DNA of 64,000 nt from an uncultured virus (IMG/VR IMGVR_UViG_3300046681_000127) (lineage: Duplodnaviria > Heunggongvirae > Uroviricota > Caudoviricetes): IMG/VR virus record IMGVR_UViG_3300046681_000127; one strand, given 5' to 3'. Below the pieces are notes generated by a model, which made no database searches, had not been told where the DNA came from, and saw nothing but the letters and a program-made list of their open reading frames with translations. Positions 54,643-63,988 of the stretch are shown piece by piece; within the stretch, counting starts at the first letter, position 1, and every line of letters begins with the position of its first letter. The translations under genes and the position numbers were made by a program.

Positions 54643-55748
54643 CCAACGAGCTGCCCGCCGTCTCGTCGTCTGCGCCCGCCGACCGGGCAGCGCTGCGTCA
54701 GCAGATCATCGACGGGCTGTACGAGGCCCGCCGCCCCGGCCTCGGCGGCATGACCGAGGCCGAAGCGGTCGCGCACATGGCCGACGCGGTACTGGCCGCG
54801 CTGCCCGCGCCTGCCGAGACCGAGTTGCGGAAGGAGCTGGCCGCTTCGGAGCGCATCCGTGAGAACGCTGACTTCCACCTCGGCCAGGAGATGTCCCGCC
54901 GTCAGCTGGCCGAGAAGGAGACCGGCCGTCTGTGTGCCGTCGTGGCCCGACTGAGGCAGATGACCGACTACTGGGAGCAGCAGCTGCCCGACGTGATCAG
55001 GACTCCGGCGGTCGTGTCCGCGATCCGCGCCGCACTGGAGGCCGCCGAAGACGTGGGCCGCATGGCCGATGAGACGCCGCAGCCCGTCGACCTGGCCGCC
55101 GCCCAGGACCCGACGCCTCTCCGCTGGGGCCTGAACGACGTCCTGTGGGGCGACGACGACACCGTGACCGTCCTCCTGTCCGGGCCTGCCGGTGAGCCGT
55201 ACTGGCTGGCACTGGACCCGGAGCGGGCGGGCGTGCTGCGGGAGGACCTGGCCGGGCCGGATGGGGTGGTGGCCGTGGACCGGGCCGCCGTCTACCGGGA
55301 GGTCGCCGAGGTGGCGGAGTCCTTCGACATCGACGCGAGCCCTCAAGCGGTCGCCGCCGCACTGCGCCGTCTGGCCGACGAGTCCCCGGCTGTGGACGTG
55401 GACGAGATGGCTGCCAGTCTCGCCCGCGACGGCTTCGGCGCCGACGAGATCGCCGTCATGCTGGCCGACAAGCGCCTGCCGATGGACCCCGTGCACATCC
55501 TCGGCATCGGAGCCCCGGCCGTCGTGGCGCAGCAGCCGCAGGAGGCCGACGGGGACCGCATCGTCGCCTACCAGTCACCCGGCGGCACCGCCCTGTTCTG
55601 CACCCGCCACCGGGACGAACTCAGCCCCTACTGGCCCCCGGTCTTCTCGGAAGACCTGCCCGACGGCGGGATCTGCGCGCATTCGACCTGCGGCGCGGAC
55701 TTGCTGATCCCGCAGCAGCCTGAGGCCGCTGAGGGGGCGCAGCAGTGA
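54639..55748 (+). CDS. Mosaic hypothetical protein
   Basis: ATGA overlap; chain of short modules. Confidence 0.65.
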   Translation: MTNELPAVSSSAPADRAALRQQIIDGLYEARRPGLGGMTEAEAVAHMADAVLAALPAPAETELRKELAASERIRENADFHLGQEMSRRQLAEKETGRLCAVVARLRQMTDYWEQQLPDVIRTPAVVSAIRAALEAAEDVGRMADETPQPVDLAAAQDPTPLRWGLNDVLWGDDDTVTVLLSGPAGEPYWLALDPERAGVLREDLAGPDGVVAVDRAAVYREVAEVAESFDIDASPQAVAAALRRLADESPAVDVDEMAASLARDGFGADEIAVMLADKRLPMDPVHILGIGAPAVVAQQPQEADGDRIVAYQSPGGTALFCTRHRDELSPYWPPVFSEDLPDGGICAHSTCGADLLIPQQPEAAEGAQQ

Positions 55749-56008
55749 GCGCCGAGACACCGACCGCCGTGCTGAGGCGGGCCGCCTCCGACCTCCGTGG
55801 CGACACGACCGACCCCCTCGCCCGGCCTCTCGCGGACTGGCTGGACTCCACGGCGGCCACGGTCGACGCGGTCACCCGCAAGTACGCGGACGCCGCTCCG
55901 GCTGACGCGCACTGGCTCGCCCCGGCCCTCGCGGTGGCCCGCGCCGTACTCGGCGAGGACGCCCCCACTGCCCCGTCGGACGTTGAGCCACGGCAGGACG
56001 CCCAGTGA
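55745..56008 (+). CDS. Hypothetical protein
   Basis: LADWL...ALAVARA. Confidence 0.65.
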   Translation: MSAETPTAVLRRAASDLRGDTTDPLARPLADWLDSTAATVDAVTRKYADAAPADAHWLAPALAVARAVLGEDAPTAPSDVEPRQDAQ

Positions 56009-56496
56009 CCGCGACCGCGAACCTGGCGCCGCCTCACCCGGACGCCCCGCCCCCGCTGCTCACCGCCCGCCAGCTCGCCGTGCTCCGCCTCACCGCGAAC
56101 GGCCACACGATCCGCTCCGCCGCCCGGGTGCTGGGCAAGTCGGAGCATGCGGTGGCCGATCTGATGCATCGGGTGCATGAGCGGCTGGGTGTGCGGTCGT
56201 CGGCGCACGCGGTGGCGGTGGCGTTGCGGCTTGGGCTGATCGGGCTGGACGAGATCCGGGTGCCGGAGCGCCAGGGCGGGGCTGTGGGGCTCTCTGGCGG
56301 TGCGGGAGCGCCTGGGCCCCGTCGGGACGCTGCGGGGCGCTCTGGTGACGACGAGGTGAGCTTCAACGGGGCCGGGAGGGCGTCGCCCGCCGGGCGTTCC
56401 GGTGACTCACCCGCTAGCGAGGCTGAGAACGCGCTCAGTGGCCCCTCTCGCGCCCGAACAGCCTCCGCGCGTCCCTCGCTTCGCCCGAGCCCCTGA
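56005..56496 (+). CDS. LuxR-type HTH regulator
   Basis: LTARQLAVL...ANG....A..LG.S...V......LGV.S.AHAVA.A...GLI. Confidence 0.8.
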   Translation: MTATANLAPPHPDAPPPLLTARQLAVLRLTANGHTIRSAARVLGKSEHAVADLMHRVHERLGVRSSAHAVAVALRLGLIGLDEIRVPERQGGAVGLSGGAGAPGPRRDAAGRSGDDEVSFNGAGRASPAGRSGDSPASEAENALSGPSRARTASARPSLRPSP

Positions 56497-56553
56497 CGCG
56501 CAGCGAGGCGTACAGCCCCGCGCCACGACCATAGCTGACCGAAAGGACCTGAA

Positions 56554-56847
56554 ATGACCGACAAGCCCAACCCCTACGCCGACGGCGTCTGCCCCCACGG
56601 CGAGAACCGCGCCAAAGGCTCCGGCTGCATCAAGCCCAACGGGCATGCCGGCGCCCACTGCGTCGTCCCCGGAGAGCCCGACGAAGACGACCTGTGCACC
56701 TCCGAATTCCCGGGCGACGACCTCCACGCGGGCCAGCTCTGCGACCAGTTCGCCGGGCACGACGGCGACCACGCGGCCGTCGCCGAACTCTCCGGGACCG
56801 GCTACGAGCGGCACCTCACCTGGGCCGCCACCCCGGACCAGCCGTGA
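56554..56847 (+). CDS. Cys/His repeat protein
   Basis: Two C...C....GH.G.H units; RBS AAGGA. Confidence 0.65.
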   Translation: MTDKPNPYADGVCPHGENRAKGSGCIKPNGHAGAHCVVPGEPDEDDLCTSEFPGDDLHAGQLCDQFAGHDGDHAAVAELSGTGYERHLTWAATPDQP

Positions 56848-56981
56848 CCTGGCCCCATCTCGCCCTGTCCGTCCTCGCCGCCGCCTGCGCCATCGCGGGC
56901 TGGCGGCGGGGGGAACGCCTGTAACCCCGGGCCTGTGCCCGGCTCCTCGACACACCCGACACCACCCGGAAGGACCCCGCC

Positions 56982-57371
56982 ATGTCGTACCCCGAACTGC
57001 TCAGCCCCGAAGAGAAGCTCGCCCACGCCAAGGAGCGCCTCAACATCCCGGAGATCGTCGTCCTGTGCGGCAGCACCGCGTTCATGGATGAGTTCACGGA
57101 GGCCAACGTCCAGCAGACCGCGCTCGGCCGGATCGTGCTGTCCGTCGGCTGCGACATGAAGTCCCCGCACCCGCTGTGGGCCGACCCGGTCGACGCCGAG
57201 GCGTTGAAGGTCCGGTTGGACGGGCTGCACAAGGCGAAGATCCGCCTCGCTGACCGGGTGCTCGTCGTCGGCACGCGCATCGGCGACTCGACCCGCTCCG
57301 AGATCGCCTACGCCCGAGGGCTGGGCCTGCCCGTCGAGTTCGTGCACCCCGAGGTTGACCCCGCCGCCTGA
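56982..57371 (+). CDS. Nucleoside 2-deoxyribosyltransferase-like protein
   Basis: VVLCGS..F...H..KI..AD.V.V....G.ST..EI.YA. Confidence 0.6.
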   Translation: MSYPELLSPEEKLAHAKERLNIPEIVVLCGSTAFMDEFTEANVQQTALGRIVLSVGCDMKSPHPLWADPVDAEALKVRLDGLHKAKIRLADRVLVVGTRIGDSTRSEIAYARGLGLPVEFVHPEVDPAA

Positions 57372-57427
57372 CCCCACCTGTTGCCCGGCCGGGACGACCG
57401 GCCGGGCCCAACCGAAAGGCCGACGCC

Positions 57428-58261
57428 ATGACCGACCCGACCGCCCCCGACGCCGCCCTGTTCGTCCTCTGGCTCGACGCCTCCGACGGCTCCATCGCCA
57501 CCTGCGACGGCATCCGCTGGCCCGACGGCACCGCCACCGTCCACCACAGGCACTTCGCTGGCATGACCAGCACGCACGCCAGCCCCGAGGCCGCCGCGTG
57601 GGCTGCTCACGGCAAGCAGGCGCGCATCGTGTGGCCCGACGCTTCGGAGCGCCCCGAACCCGCCCCGGCCTGTGATCACCGCTGCACCTGCGGCCACGAC
57701 CAGCAGGACCACAGCGCCCGCTACTGCGGCCGGTGCGCCGACCCGTGCAACTCCAGCGGGCACTACCCCGACGACTGCGACGCCCGGACAACTGCGGACA
57801 ACCCGGCGGCCAGCAATAACGAGACCCCGGCCATCTGCGAGCTTCCCCACCTCACGATCGACGAGGAAGACGACTGCCAACGGCGACGGGTCACGGGCGG
57901 CGACACCGAACTCCAGCAAGCCCGGGAGACGAACCGCCGCCTCAACCTCCGCTGCCAGGAAACCGAAAGCGCCCTCGCCACGATCAAACGCTCCGTCGGC
58001 GAATGGGAGCTCACCGAGCGCAGCACCTACGTGCCCCTGCGCACCATCGCCGCCATCGGCAAGGCCGTCGGCCGCGACATCACAAACGCGCGCTGGCTGC
58101 TGCACTACCAGCGCGTCGAGACTGCTGAGGCCGCCATCACCCGCATCCGCCAGCTCGCCGACCGGTGGGAGAACGCGCTGACGCCCGACCGGCGATACGC
58201 CGAAGCCCTCCGCGCCGCCCTCGACGGCCCGGCAGACACCACCCCGCCGGCCACCCCGTGA
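57428..58261 (+). CDS. Mosaic hypothetical protein
   Basis: GIRWPDGT, CTCGH, AEAAITRIR modules. Confidence 0.65.
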   Translation: MTDPTAPDAALFVLWLDASDGSIATCDGIRWPDGTATVHHRHFAGMTSTHASPEAAAWAAHGKQARIVWPDASERPEPAPACDHRCTCGHDQQDHSARYCGRCADPCNSSGHYPDDCDARTTADNPAASNNETPAICELPHLTIDEEDDCQRRRVTGGDTELQQARETNRRLNLRCQETESALATIKRSVGEWELTERSTYVPLRTIAAIGKAVGRDITNARWLLHYQRVETAEAAITRIRQLADRWENALTPDRRYAEALRAALDGPADTTPPATP

Positions 58262-58434
58262 CCGCCCGCCACGCCGTCACGTTCGCCGCCTGGTTCCTGC
58301 TGGCCGCCGCGCCCGCCGCGCTGTGGCTGCTGGCTGCCGTGGTGGCTGACGCTCACTGTCGGCCTCGCCGTGTTCGCGGCGGTCGAGGTCGGCGGGCGGG
58401 CGCGGGTGCGGGGGCGGGGCGGGAGGTGAACGGG

Positions 58435-58671
58435 TCAGTCTTCGTCCGGCATCCAGCCGGGGTCGGACCAGGGCCCGACTGGCGGCCTCTCGGGCGGCTT
58501 GGCTCCCGGCCTGCGCATGTACCAGCGGATGAACTCTCGGATCACCTTGGCGCGGGGGCTGCGGCCAGTTGGGTGGACAGCCTTGGTCGCCTTCAGGAAA
58601 GGGAGCCATTCGCTCATGGGTGCGCGGAATTTGTGCAGGGGGTCGTAGTCGTCCGGGGCGCTGGGGGTCAT
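58435..58671 (-). CDS. Ribbon-helix-helix-like regulator, leaderless
   Basis: HKFRAP..EW..F...R.KVIREFIRWY.RRPGAK.P.RP; -10 TACCCT 6 nt upstream. Confidence 0.7.
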   Translation of the reverse strand: MTPSAPDDYDPLHKFRAPMSEWLPFLKATKAVHPTGRSPRAKVIREFIRWYMRRPGAKPPERPPVGPWSDPGWMPDED

Positions 58672-58690
58672 GTCGCGAGGGTAATGGCAC

Positions 58691-58791
58691 GTGGCCACAA
58701 AGAGCAAGATCGCTCCGCCGTTTTCGTGGCCACAGAATCTTTGCATAGTCGCTTGCTTTGTGGCCACAAAGGGCACTAGGTTTGTGGCCAC
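58691..58791. promoter_or_regulatory. Four GTGGCCAC palindromic operators over divergent promoters
   Basis: Copies at 58691, 58726, 58760, 58784; TTGCTT-N18-TAGGTT. Confidence 0.8.
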
Positions 58792-58818
58792 AAGGAACGA
58801 ACGGCGAGGGAGACCGAA

Positions 58819-59145
58819 ATGAACGCTCAGCAGGCCAAGGCCAAGCAGTCCGAGGCCATCGCGCGCCAGTCTCTCCGAGCCCAGACCGACCAGATGATCG
58901 TCGAGACCTGGATGGCCACCAACGACCAGCCCGCGACCCGCGAGGTGACCATCCTTCGCGGCTGGCTGCTGGACGAGTTGGCGATCCGCATGGGCAAGGT
59001 CGACGTGTGGGTCGACCTGTACCCCGCCCTGTCCGACGAGCGGCTCGACGCGGACAGTGACCGATTCGGGCGCTGGCTGGAGGACGAGTCCACTGCCCCG
59101 AAGGGCGACGACCCCGTCAGCCCGGCCCGCTACCTCCTGCTCTAA
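58819..59145 (+). CDS. Hypothetical protein
   Basis: RBS GGGAG. Confidence 0.7.
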   Translation: MNAQQAKAKQSEAIARQSLRAQTDQMIVETWMATNDQPATREVTILRGWLLDELAIRMGKVDVWVDLYPALSDERLDADSDRFGRWLEDESTAPKGDDPVSPARYLLL

Positions 59146-59208
59146 CAACCCCCACCCCTGCCCGTCCTTCGCGGCCGGGTGACGTCCCAGCCCGAGGAGG
59201 GCCCGCAC

Positions 59209-59517
59209 ATGGACCGCATCAAGGCCCTGTACGCCATCGCCGACCTGATGGAGCAGCACGAGCACCGCACCGGGTGCAGCGTCACCGAGTCCGCCGGGCG
59301 CGCCGTGGCCGCCACGGTGGTCATCGGCCCCGGCTTCGAGGACCGCTTCGCCAACCTGTGGGAGACCGAGGGCCCCGCCGTCGCGAACGCCACGGCCGCC
59401 GACAACATGCGGCTCCTCGGCGACCTGATCGGCCTGCTGTACCCCGGCCTCGTCAACCCGGCGCTCACCGCCGCCGAGGTGCGGGCCACCGCCGACCGGC
59501 AAGGAGCGACGCTGTGA
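59209..59517 (+). CDS. Hypothetical protein
   Basis: RBS GAGGAGG. Confidence 0.65.
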   Translation: MDRIKALYAIADLMEQHEHRTGCSVTESAGRAVAATVVIGPGFEDRFANLWETEGPAVANATAADNMRLLGDLIGLLYPGLVNPALTAAEVRATADRQGATL

Positions 59518-60035
59518 CCGACAGCCCCGAGCAGCGACGTGCAGCCCAGCTCCAGCAGCGGGCCGACGAGCTCAAAGCCCGTTCCGAGCAGATGGCCGAG
59601 CGAGCGTTCGGCATGTACGGCCGTTTCGCCGGCGGCCAGCCGCTCCTCGTCGGCCACCACTCGTACCGCAGTGCCCGCCGAGACAAGAACCGCGCCGACG
59701 CCGCTTCCGATCGTGCCGTCGACGCCTACAAGGCGGCTGAGCGTGCTCAGACGGAGGCGAAGTGGGCAAAGGCGAAGGCGGACGCGCGGGCCGAGATTGC
59801 CGACACCGTCGCTACCCGGTCCCGGCCGTGGGACCCCACCGACTTCCAGGTCGGCGACATCGTCACCGTCCGGGTCTTCGAAACCAGCACCAGCACCTAC
59901 CGGGTCAAGCGCGTCAACAAGAAGACGCTCACTCTCGATGGCGGTGGGGGTGGCTGGGACGACCCGAAGCGCGAGTACGACCGCGTCCTGTCCCGCACCC
60001 GCGACGGCGTGACCGTCACCAATCCCGACGACTGA
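59514..60035 (+). CDS. DUF3560-like protein
   Basis: GQPLLVGHHS..S.RR; V.RVNKKT. Confidence 0.8.
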   Translation: MTDSPEQRRAAQLQQRADELKARSEQMAERAFGMYGRFAGGQPLLVGHHSYRSARRDKNRADAASDRAVDAYKAAERAQTEAKWAKAKADARAEIADTVATRSRPWDPTDFQVGDIVTVRVFETSTSTYRVKRVNKKTLTLDGGGGGWDDPKREYDRVLSRTRDGVTVTNPDD

Positions 60036-60063
60036 CAGCACCGCTTTGACCGAAGGAGCACCC

Positions 60064-60492
60064 GTGATCCACACCGACCGCCTCGACCACATCGCCACCC
60101 ACGGCACCGGCCGCCTGCCCCGTCGTATCCGGTTCACCGACGACGCAGTGATCTCCGTGCACGCCGGATACGGGGCCTACTGCACCCCCCGGCCCCGCGA
60201 CCGCATGGTCCACGAAGGTGGCATGGGCACCGCGCCCGCCGACTACCCCGGCCCTTACGCCGCACTGGAGGTGTTTCTCGTCGAGCCCCTGGCGGTGTCC
60301 GCCGACTGGGCGCAGTACAGCGCCGATGAGGATCCGACTGTCGGCCTTTTCGCGGCCGTGCCCGTGGATCTGGTGCGTGCCCTGGTTGTCGAGCACGGCG
60401 GCGAGCACATCGCGCAGGACTCTGGCGACGACGCAATGAAGGCCCTCGCCGAGGGCATGGCGGGCGACGTGCTCGGATGGAGCGCGCCGTGA
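60064..60492 (+). CDS. Hypothetical protein
   Basis: ISVHAG...YC.PR...VPV..V..LV.EHGG. Confidence 0.65.
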   Translation: MIHTDRLDHIATHGTGRLPRRIRFTDDAVISVHAGYGAYCTPRPRDRMVHEGGMGTAPADYPGPYAALEVFLVEPLAVSADWAQYSADEDPTVGLFAAVPVDLVRALVVEHGGEHIAQDSGDDAMKALAEGMAGDVLGWSAP

Positions 60493-60731
60493 CCACCCCC
60501 CTGTCCCGCGCCGAGCAGGCCGTGACTGAAGCGCGGGACGAGCTGATCGGGTTCGCCCTCGCCGCCCCTCCGAACGAACCTGGCTTCTCGGGAGCCGAGC
60601 GCCGAGCCGCCGCCCTCGCGGCCGCCGTGCGTCGCCATGCACTGCACGAGGCGGCCGACCTGATGGACGCCCACTACACCCACACCGGCGCCGACGCCCT
60701 GCGCCTGAAAGCCGAGGAGATCAGCCTGTGA
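60489..60731 (+). CDS. Hypothetical protein
   Basis: GTGA overlap. Confidence 0.6.
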   Translation: MTTPLSRAEQAVTEARDELIGFALAAPPNEPGFSGAERRAAALAAAVRRHALHEAADLMDAHYTHTGADALRLKAEEISL

Positions 60732-60964
60732 GGGATATCGCCGCCATTCGCGCGGACATCGCGTTCGCCATCACTAGCCCGCGCCATCAGACCGGCGAGG
60801 CGATCACCGCCGCACTGGACGAGTTCGAGCAGGCCGTAGAGGCCCGCTGCGCCGGACTTGCCCCCGCCGACGCCTGCCAGTTCCACGGCCCGACCGGCAG
60901 CCCGTGCGACTGCGGGCACGATCCGACGGCCGACTGTCACCCCGGCGCGGGGAGGGCCCGGTGA
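60728..60964 (+). CDS. Hypothetical protein
   Basis: GTGA overlap. Confidence 0.55.
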   Translation: MRDIAAIRADIAFAITSPRHQTGEAITAALDEFEQAVEARCAGLAPADACQFHGPTGSPCDCGHDPTADCHPGAGRAR

Positions 60965-61224
60965 CCGCCCGCCCGCTGCTCTGCACGCGCTGCCACTCGC
61001 CCGTCGCGGTCGCCGAGGACGCCCGGAGTCTCATCGACTGGGGGCCAGCGGTAGTTGACGCCGACGGGGTCGTGCGCCCGCAATACCCGGACCCCGCCGA
61101 CGACTACCAGTCGATCACCTACGACGTGGACCACGGCCGCGCCCGCGCCGTCTGCAGCAACCCCAAGTGCGGCCATCAGTGGACGCTACGCCGCCGCTTC
61201 GACCCCGAGAGGCAGGCCCCGTGA
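60961..61224 (+). CDS. Zinc-ribbon hypothetical protein
   Basis: CTRC...CSNPKCGHQW. Confidence 0.6.
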   Translation: MTARPLLCTRCHSPVAVAEDARSLIDWGPAVVDADGVVRPQYPDPADDYQSITYDVDHGRARAVCSNPKCGHQWTLRRRFDPERQAP

Positions 61225-61382
61225 CCGCGCGCGACCTCTGCCTCGCCACCCGCACCGAGGACGGCCGCACCCTCATCTGCTGGAAGTCGCCGAGCCACGT
61301 CGACAGCAAGAGCGCCATCAACCGCGAGCACTACGACCCCAGCGCCGAGAAGCGGTGGAGCGACGACGAGGAGAAGCCGTGA
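61221..61382 (+). CDS. Small hypothetical protein
   Basis: GTGA overlaps at both ends. Confidence 0.55.
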   Translation: MTARDLCLATRTEDGRTLICWKSPSHVDSKSAINREHYDPSAEKRWSDDEEKP

Positions 61383-61600
61383 CCACCCGCACCCCGGCCG
61401 AGGCCATCGCCGCCGTCCACCGCCACGGGCCGGCCATCACGGCGGAGCAGCGGGACGCCGCGCTGGAGCTGCTTCGGGACCTGCTTGCCGCCGCAGCCCA
61501 ACACGGCGTGGGGCTCGGGGACTTCGATTATGTGTGCGACCTGCCCGCGGCGTGCGTGGACGTTGTCGTCGCCAAGACCCGCCACCCGAAGACTTCCTGA
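61379..61600 (+). CDS. Hypothetical protein
   Basis: GTGA overlap. Confidence 0.6.
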   Translation: MTTRTPAEAIAAVHRHGPAITAEQRDAALELLRDLLAAAAQHGVGLGDFDYVCDLPAACVDVVVAKTRHPKTS

Positions 61601-61652
61601 CCCCGACCGGGGTCAGGCTCAACCAGCACATCCAGAAATGAGACCCACACAC

Positions 61653-61814
61653 GTGTCCAGCAAGCAGCTCGCCATGACCGGCACCGGCACCCTCACCATC
61701 GGCGGTGTCGCCCTCGCCGGCCCCTGGATCCTCGCCGCATCCATAGCCCTCGTGGCTCTCGGCGCGATCCTCGTCCGCGTGGCGTTCCGTCGTCGCAAGG
61801 CGGCCCACCAGTGA
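61653..61814 (+). CDS. Minimal LAxTG sorting-signal membrane peptide
   Basis: KQLAMTG, hydrophobic stretch, RRRK; GTGA-coupled to GT2 (alternative ATG 61638). Confidence 0.65.
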   Translation: MSSKQLAMTGTGTLTIGGVALAGPWILAASIALVALGAILVRVAFRRRKAAHQ

Positions 61815-63376
61815 CCGCCCCGCTCGCGGTCGCGGCCCGCACCAGACCCCGCGTCATCCTCACCGGCGGCCTCATCCTCACCGCCCTCGCCGTATGGGCC
61901 GCCCACCACACCGTGGAAACCCTGGCGATAGCCAACGGCGCACCCTCCGGCCGGCTCACCCTCGTGTACGCGGCGACGTTCGTATTCCTCGCGTTCCAGG
62001 CCGTGCTGTACCACTGCGAGCGCCCTAAGCGGTGCACGCCCCGGCAGGGCCGCCAGTTGGATGCGATGCGCGCCGAAGTGCTGGTGCCCGTCTACCAGGA
62101 GGACGTCGGCTACCTGCGTGCCACTCTCGCCTCACTACTGGCCCAGACTCGGCTGCCGGATGCGGTGCATGTCGTGGACGACGGCTCGACCATCGACTAC
62201 GCGGAGGTGCGGGCCTGGTTCGAGCAGGCAGCAGCAGCGGCCGGTGTGGAGGTGACGTGGCAGCGGCAGGCCAACGCCGGGAAGCGCCACGCCCAGGGTG
62301 CTGGGGTGCGGGTCTCGCCGAACGCCCGCGTGTACATCACCGTCGACTCCGACGCAGACCTGGACCCGCGCGCCATCGAGGAATTGCTGATCCCACTCGT
62401 CGACCCGCGGGTGCAGTCCGTCGCCGGGATCGTCCTCGCCGCGAACAACCGCGGCCCCGCCCGCCCTGACTTCGTGCGGCCGGAAGGTAGTCCGACCCGC
62501 AAGGCCCGGCGCGAGGCGAAGTGGGCGCACCGCCGGCGGCTCGCCGACTGGCGCGGCTCACAACTGCTGTGCCGCATCACGGATCTGTACTACGTCACCG
62601 GGCAACTCACCGACCGTTCCGCCCTGTCGGCAGCGGGTAGCGTGCTGGTCAACTCGGGGGTGCTGGCCGCCTACCGGGCGGAGATCATCCGCGACAACCT
62701 CGACGGCTACCTGTCCGAGACGATCGCCGGCCGCCCGGTCACGTTCTCCGATGACAGCATGCTCACCCTGTACGCGCTGCTTCGCGGCAAGACTGTCCAG
62801 CAGCCGTCAGCGGTCGTCTACACGGCAATGCCCGAGCGGGTCGATCACGCGGTCCGGCAGTACCTGCGATGGATGCGTGGATCAACGATCCGTAGCCTGT
62901 GGCGTCTGCGTTATCTCGAGCCGGCCCGGGTCGCGTACTGGCTGCACCTGATGCGGTGGATGCAGATGGCCGTCGCCACCGTCGTATTCGCCTACCTGTT
63001 CATCGCCCAGCCCGCCGTCGGCCACGCCCCGCCGTGGACCGTCGCCCTCGCCCCGATCCTCATCGGCTACGCGCAAGGCCTCCGCTACCTGACCGTCCGC
63101 CGCCCCGATGAGACGCTCCGATCCCAGCTCGCTACATGGGCCCTCGCCCCGCTGGCCGTGCTGTGGGCGTGGACGGTACTGCGGTCGGTCCGCTGGTACG
63201 CCATGGCGACCTGCCTCAAGACCGGCTGGGGCACCCGCCAGAACGGCGCGGAGGTGTCCCTCGCGCCCGCCATCCCCATCCCGCGCCCGGACGCCGTCAC
63301 GGCCCCGCTGAAGCTCCTGGACCCGCTGACGGACACCACGCTGGAGATGCGGCTCGACGGCCGCGGCGCCGCGTAG
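61811..63376 (+). CDS. Processive GT2 glycosyltransferase (hyaluronan synthase/NodC-like)
   Basis: DDGS, GKR, TVDSD, SG....YR, SDD..LT, QYLRW, WGTR; N- and C-terminal TMs. Confidence 0.9.
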   Translation: MTAPLAVAARTRPRVILTGGLILTALAVWAAHHTVETLAIANGAPSGRLTLVYAATFVFLAFQAVLYHCERPKRCTPRQGRQLDAMRAEVLVPVYQEDVGYLRATLASLLAQTRLPDAVHVVDDGSTIDYAEVRAWFEQAAAAAGVEVTWQRQANAGKRHAQGAGVRVSPNARVYITVDSDADLDPRAIEELLIPLVDPRVQSVAGIVLAANNRGPARPDFVRPEGSPTRKARREAKWAHRRRLADWRGSQLLCRITDLYYVTGQLTDRSALSAAGSVLVNSGVLAAYRAEIIRDNLDGYLSETIAGRPVTFSDDSMLTLYALLRGKTVQQPSAVVYTAMPERVDHAVRQYLRWMRGSTIRSLWRLRYLEPARVAYWLHLMRWMQMAVATVVFAYLFIAQPAVGHAPPWTVALAPILIGYAQGLRYLTVRRPDETLRSQLATWALAPLAVLWAWTVLRSVRWYAMATCLKTGWGTRQNGAEVSLAPAIPIPRPDAVTAPLKLLDPLTDTTLEMRLDGRGAA

Positions 63377-63389
63377 CGACACTGGACCC

Positions 63390-63614
63390 ATGCCTGCCGA
63401 CGATTCGCCCCTGTGGAGTCTCCCGAACGAGACTCCGCGGGGGCGCCCGCTTGTCACCTGCGCCCTGTGCAGTGAGCCTCTGGAGGCGTCGGAGTCCCGC
63501 CGCTGGAAACTCGGACCGCGCTGCCGGCGGAAGCTCGGGCTGATGTCCGGGCCGGGCGTCGGACGGTTCGAGGTGCCGCAGGACGGGCTGTTCGGCGCTA
63601 TACTGGACGAGTAA
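63390..63614 (+). CDS. DUF6011-like zinc protein
   Basis: C..C..PL...ES.....GP.C..K. Confidence 0.7.
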   Translation: MPADDSPLWSLPNETPRGRPLVTCALCSEPLEASESRRWKLGPRCRRKLGLMSGPGVGRFEVPQDGLFGAILDE

Positions 63615-63721
63615 GCCCCGGATCACAGTCACTGCGCGAGCACACTGCCCGGGGCAGTGCCATTTTTTGAGCATGACGAAGCCCCCGAGTCCAGGGACCG
63701 GGGGCTGACTGTTGCGCGCGA

Positions 63722-63988
63722 CTACTCGCCAGGCGTCGGCTTCCGCGCGAGCCACCGCTGGATCCAGGCGACGGGCCGCTCATGCCACCGGGCCGCCACG
63801 ATCCCCAGCGCCACGTCGGTGACGGCCATGGCGGCCACGCTCCGGTCGGTCGCCGCGTAGACCAGGCAGCAGGCGATGGTGGCCAGCGGGATGACGGCAG
63901 CCGCGTACAGGGTGAGGGCGATGCGGAACGGGAGGAGACCCTGGGCGGGCTGGTCGCTCACGACGCCTCCTGCTGACTGGCCCGCCAC
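63722..63988 (-). CDS. Small membrane protein (start uncertain, window edge)
   Basis: Two hydrophobic segments. Confidence 0.45.
   Translation of the reverse strand: MAGQSAGGVVSDQPAQGLLPFRIALTLYAAAVIPLATIACCLVYAATDRSVAAMAVTDVALGIVAARWHERPVAWIQRWLARKPTPGE

Noticed and set aside
58165..58779. 204-aa plus-strand ORF
   Set aside because: Only a short hydrophobic 5' part from 58258 is plausible; the rest overlaps the RHH gene and operators
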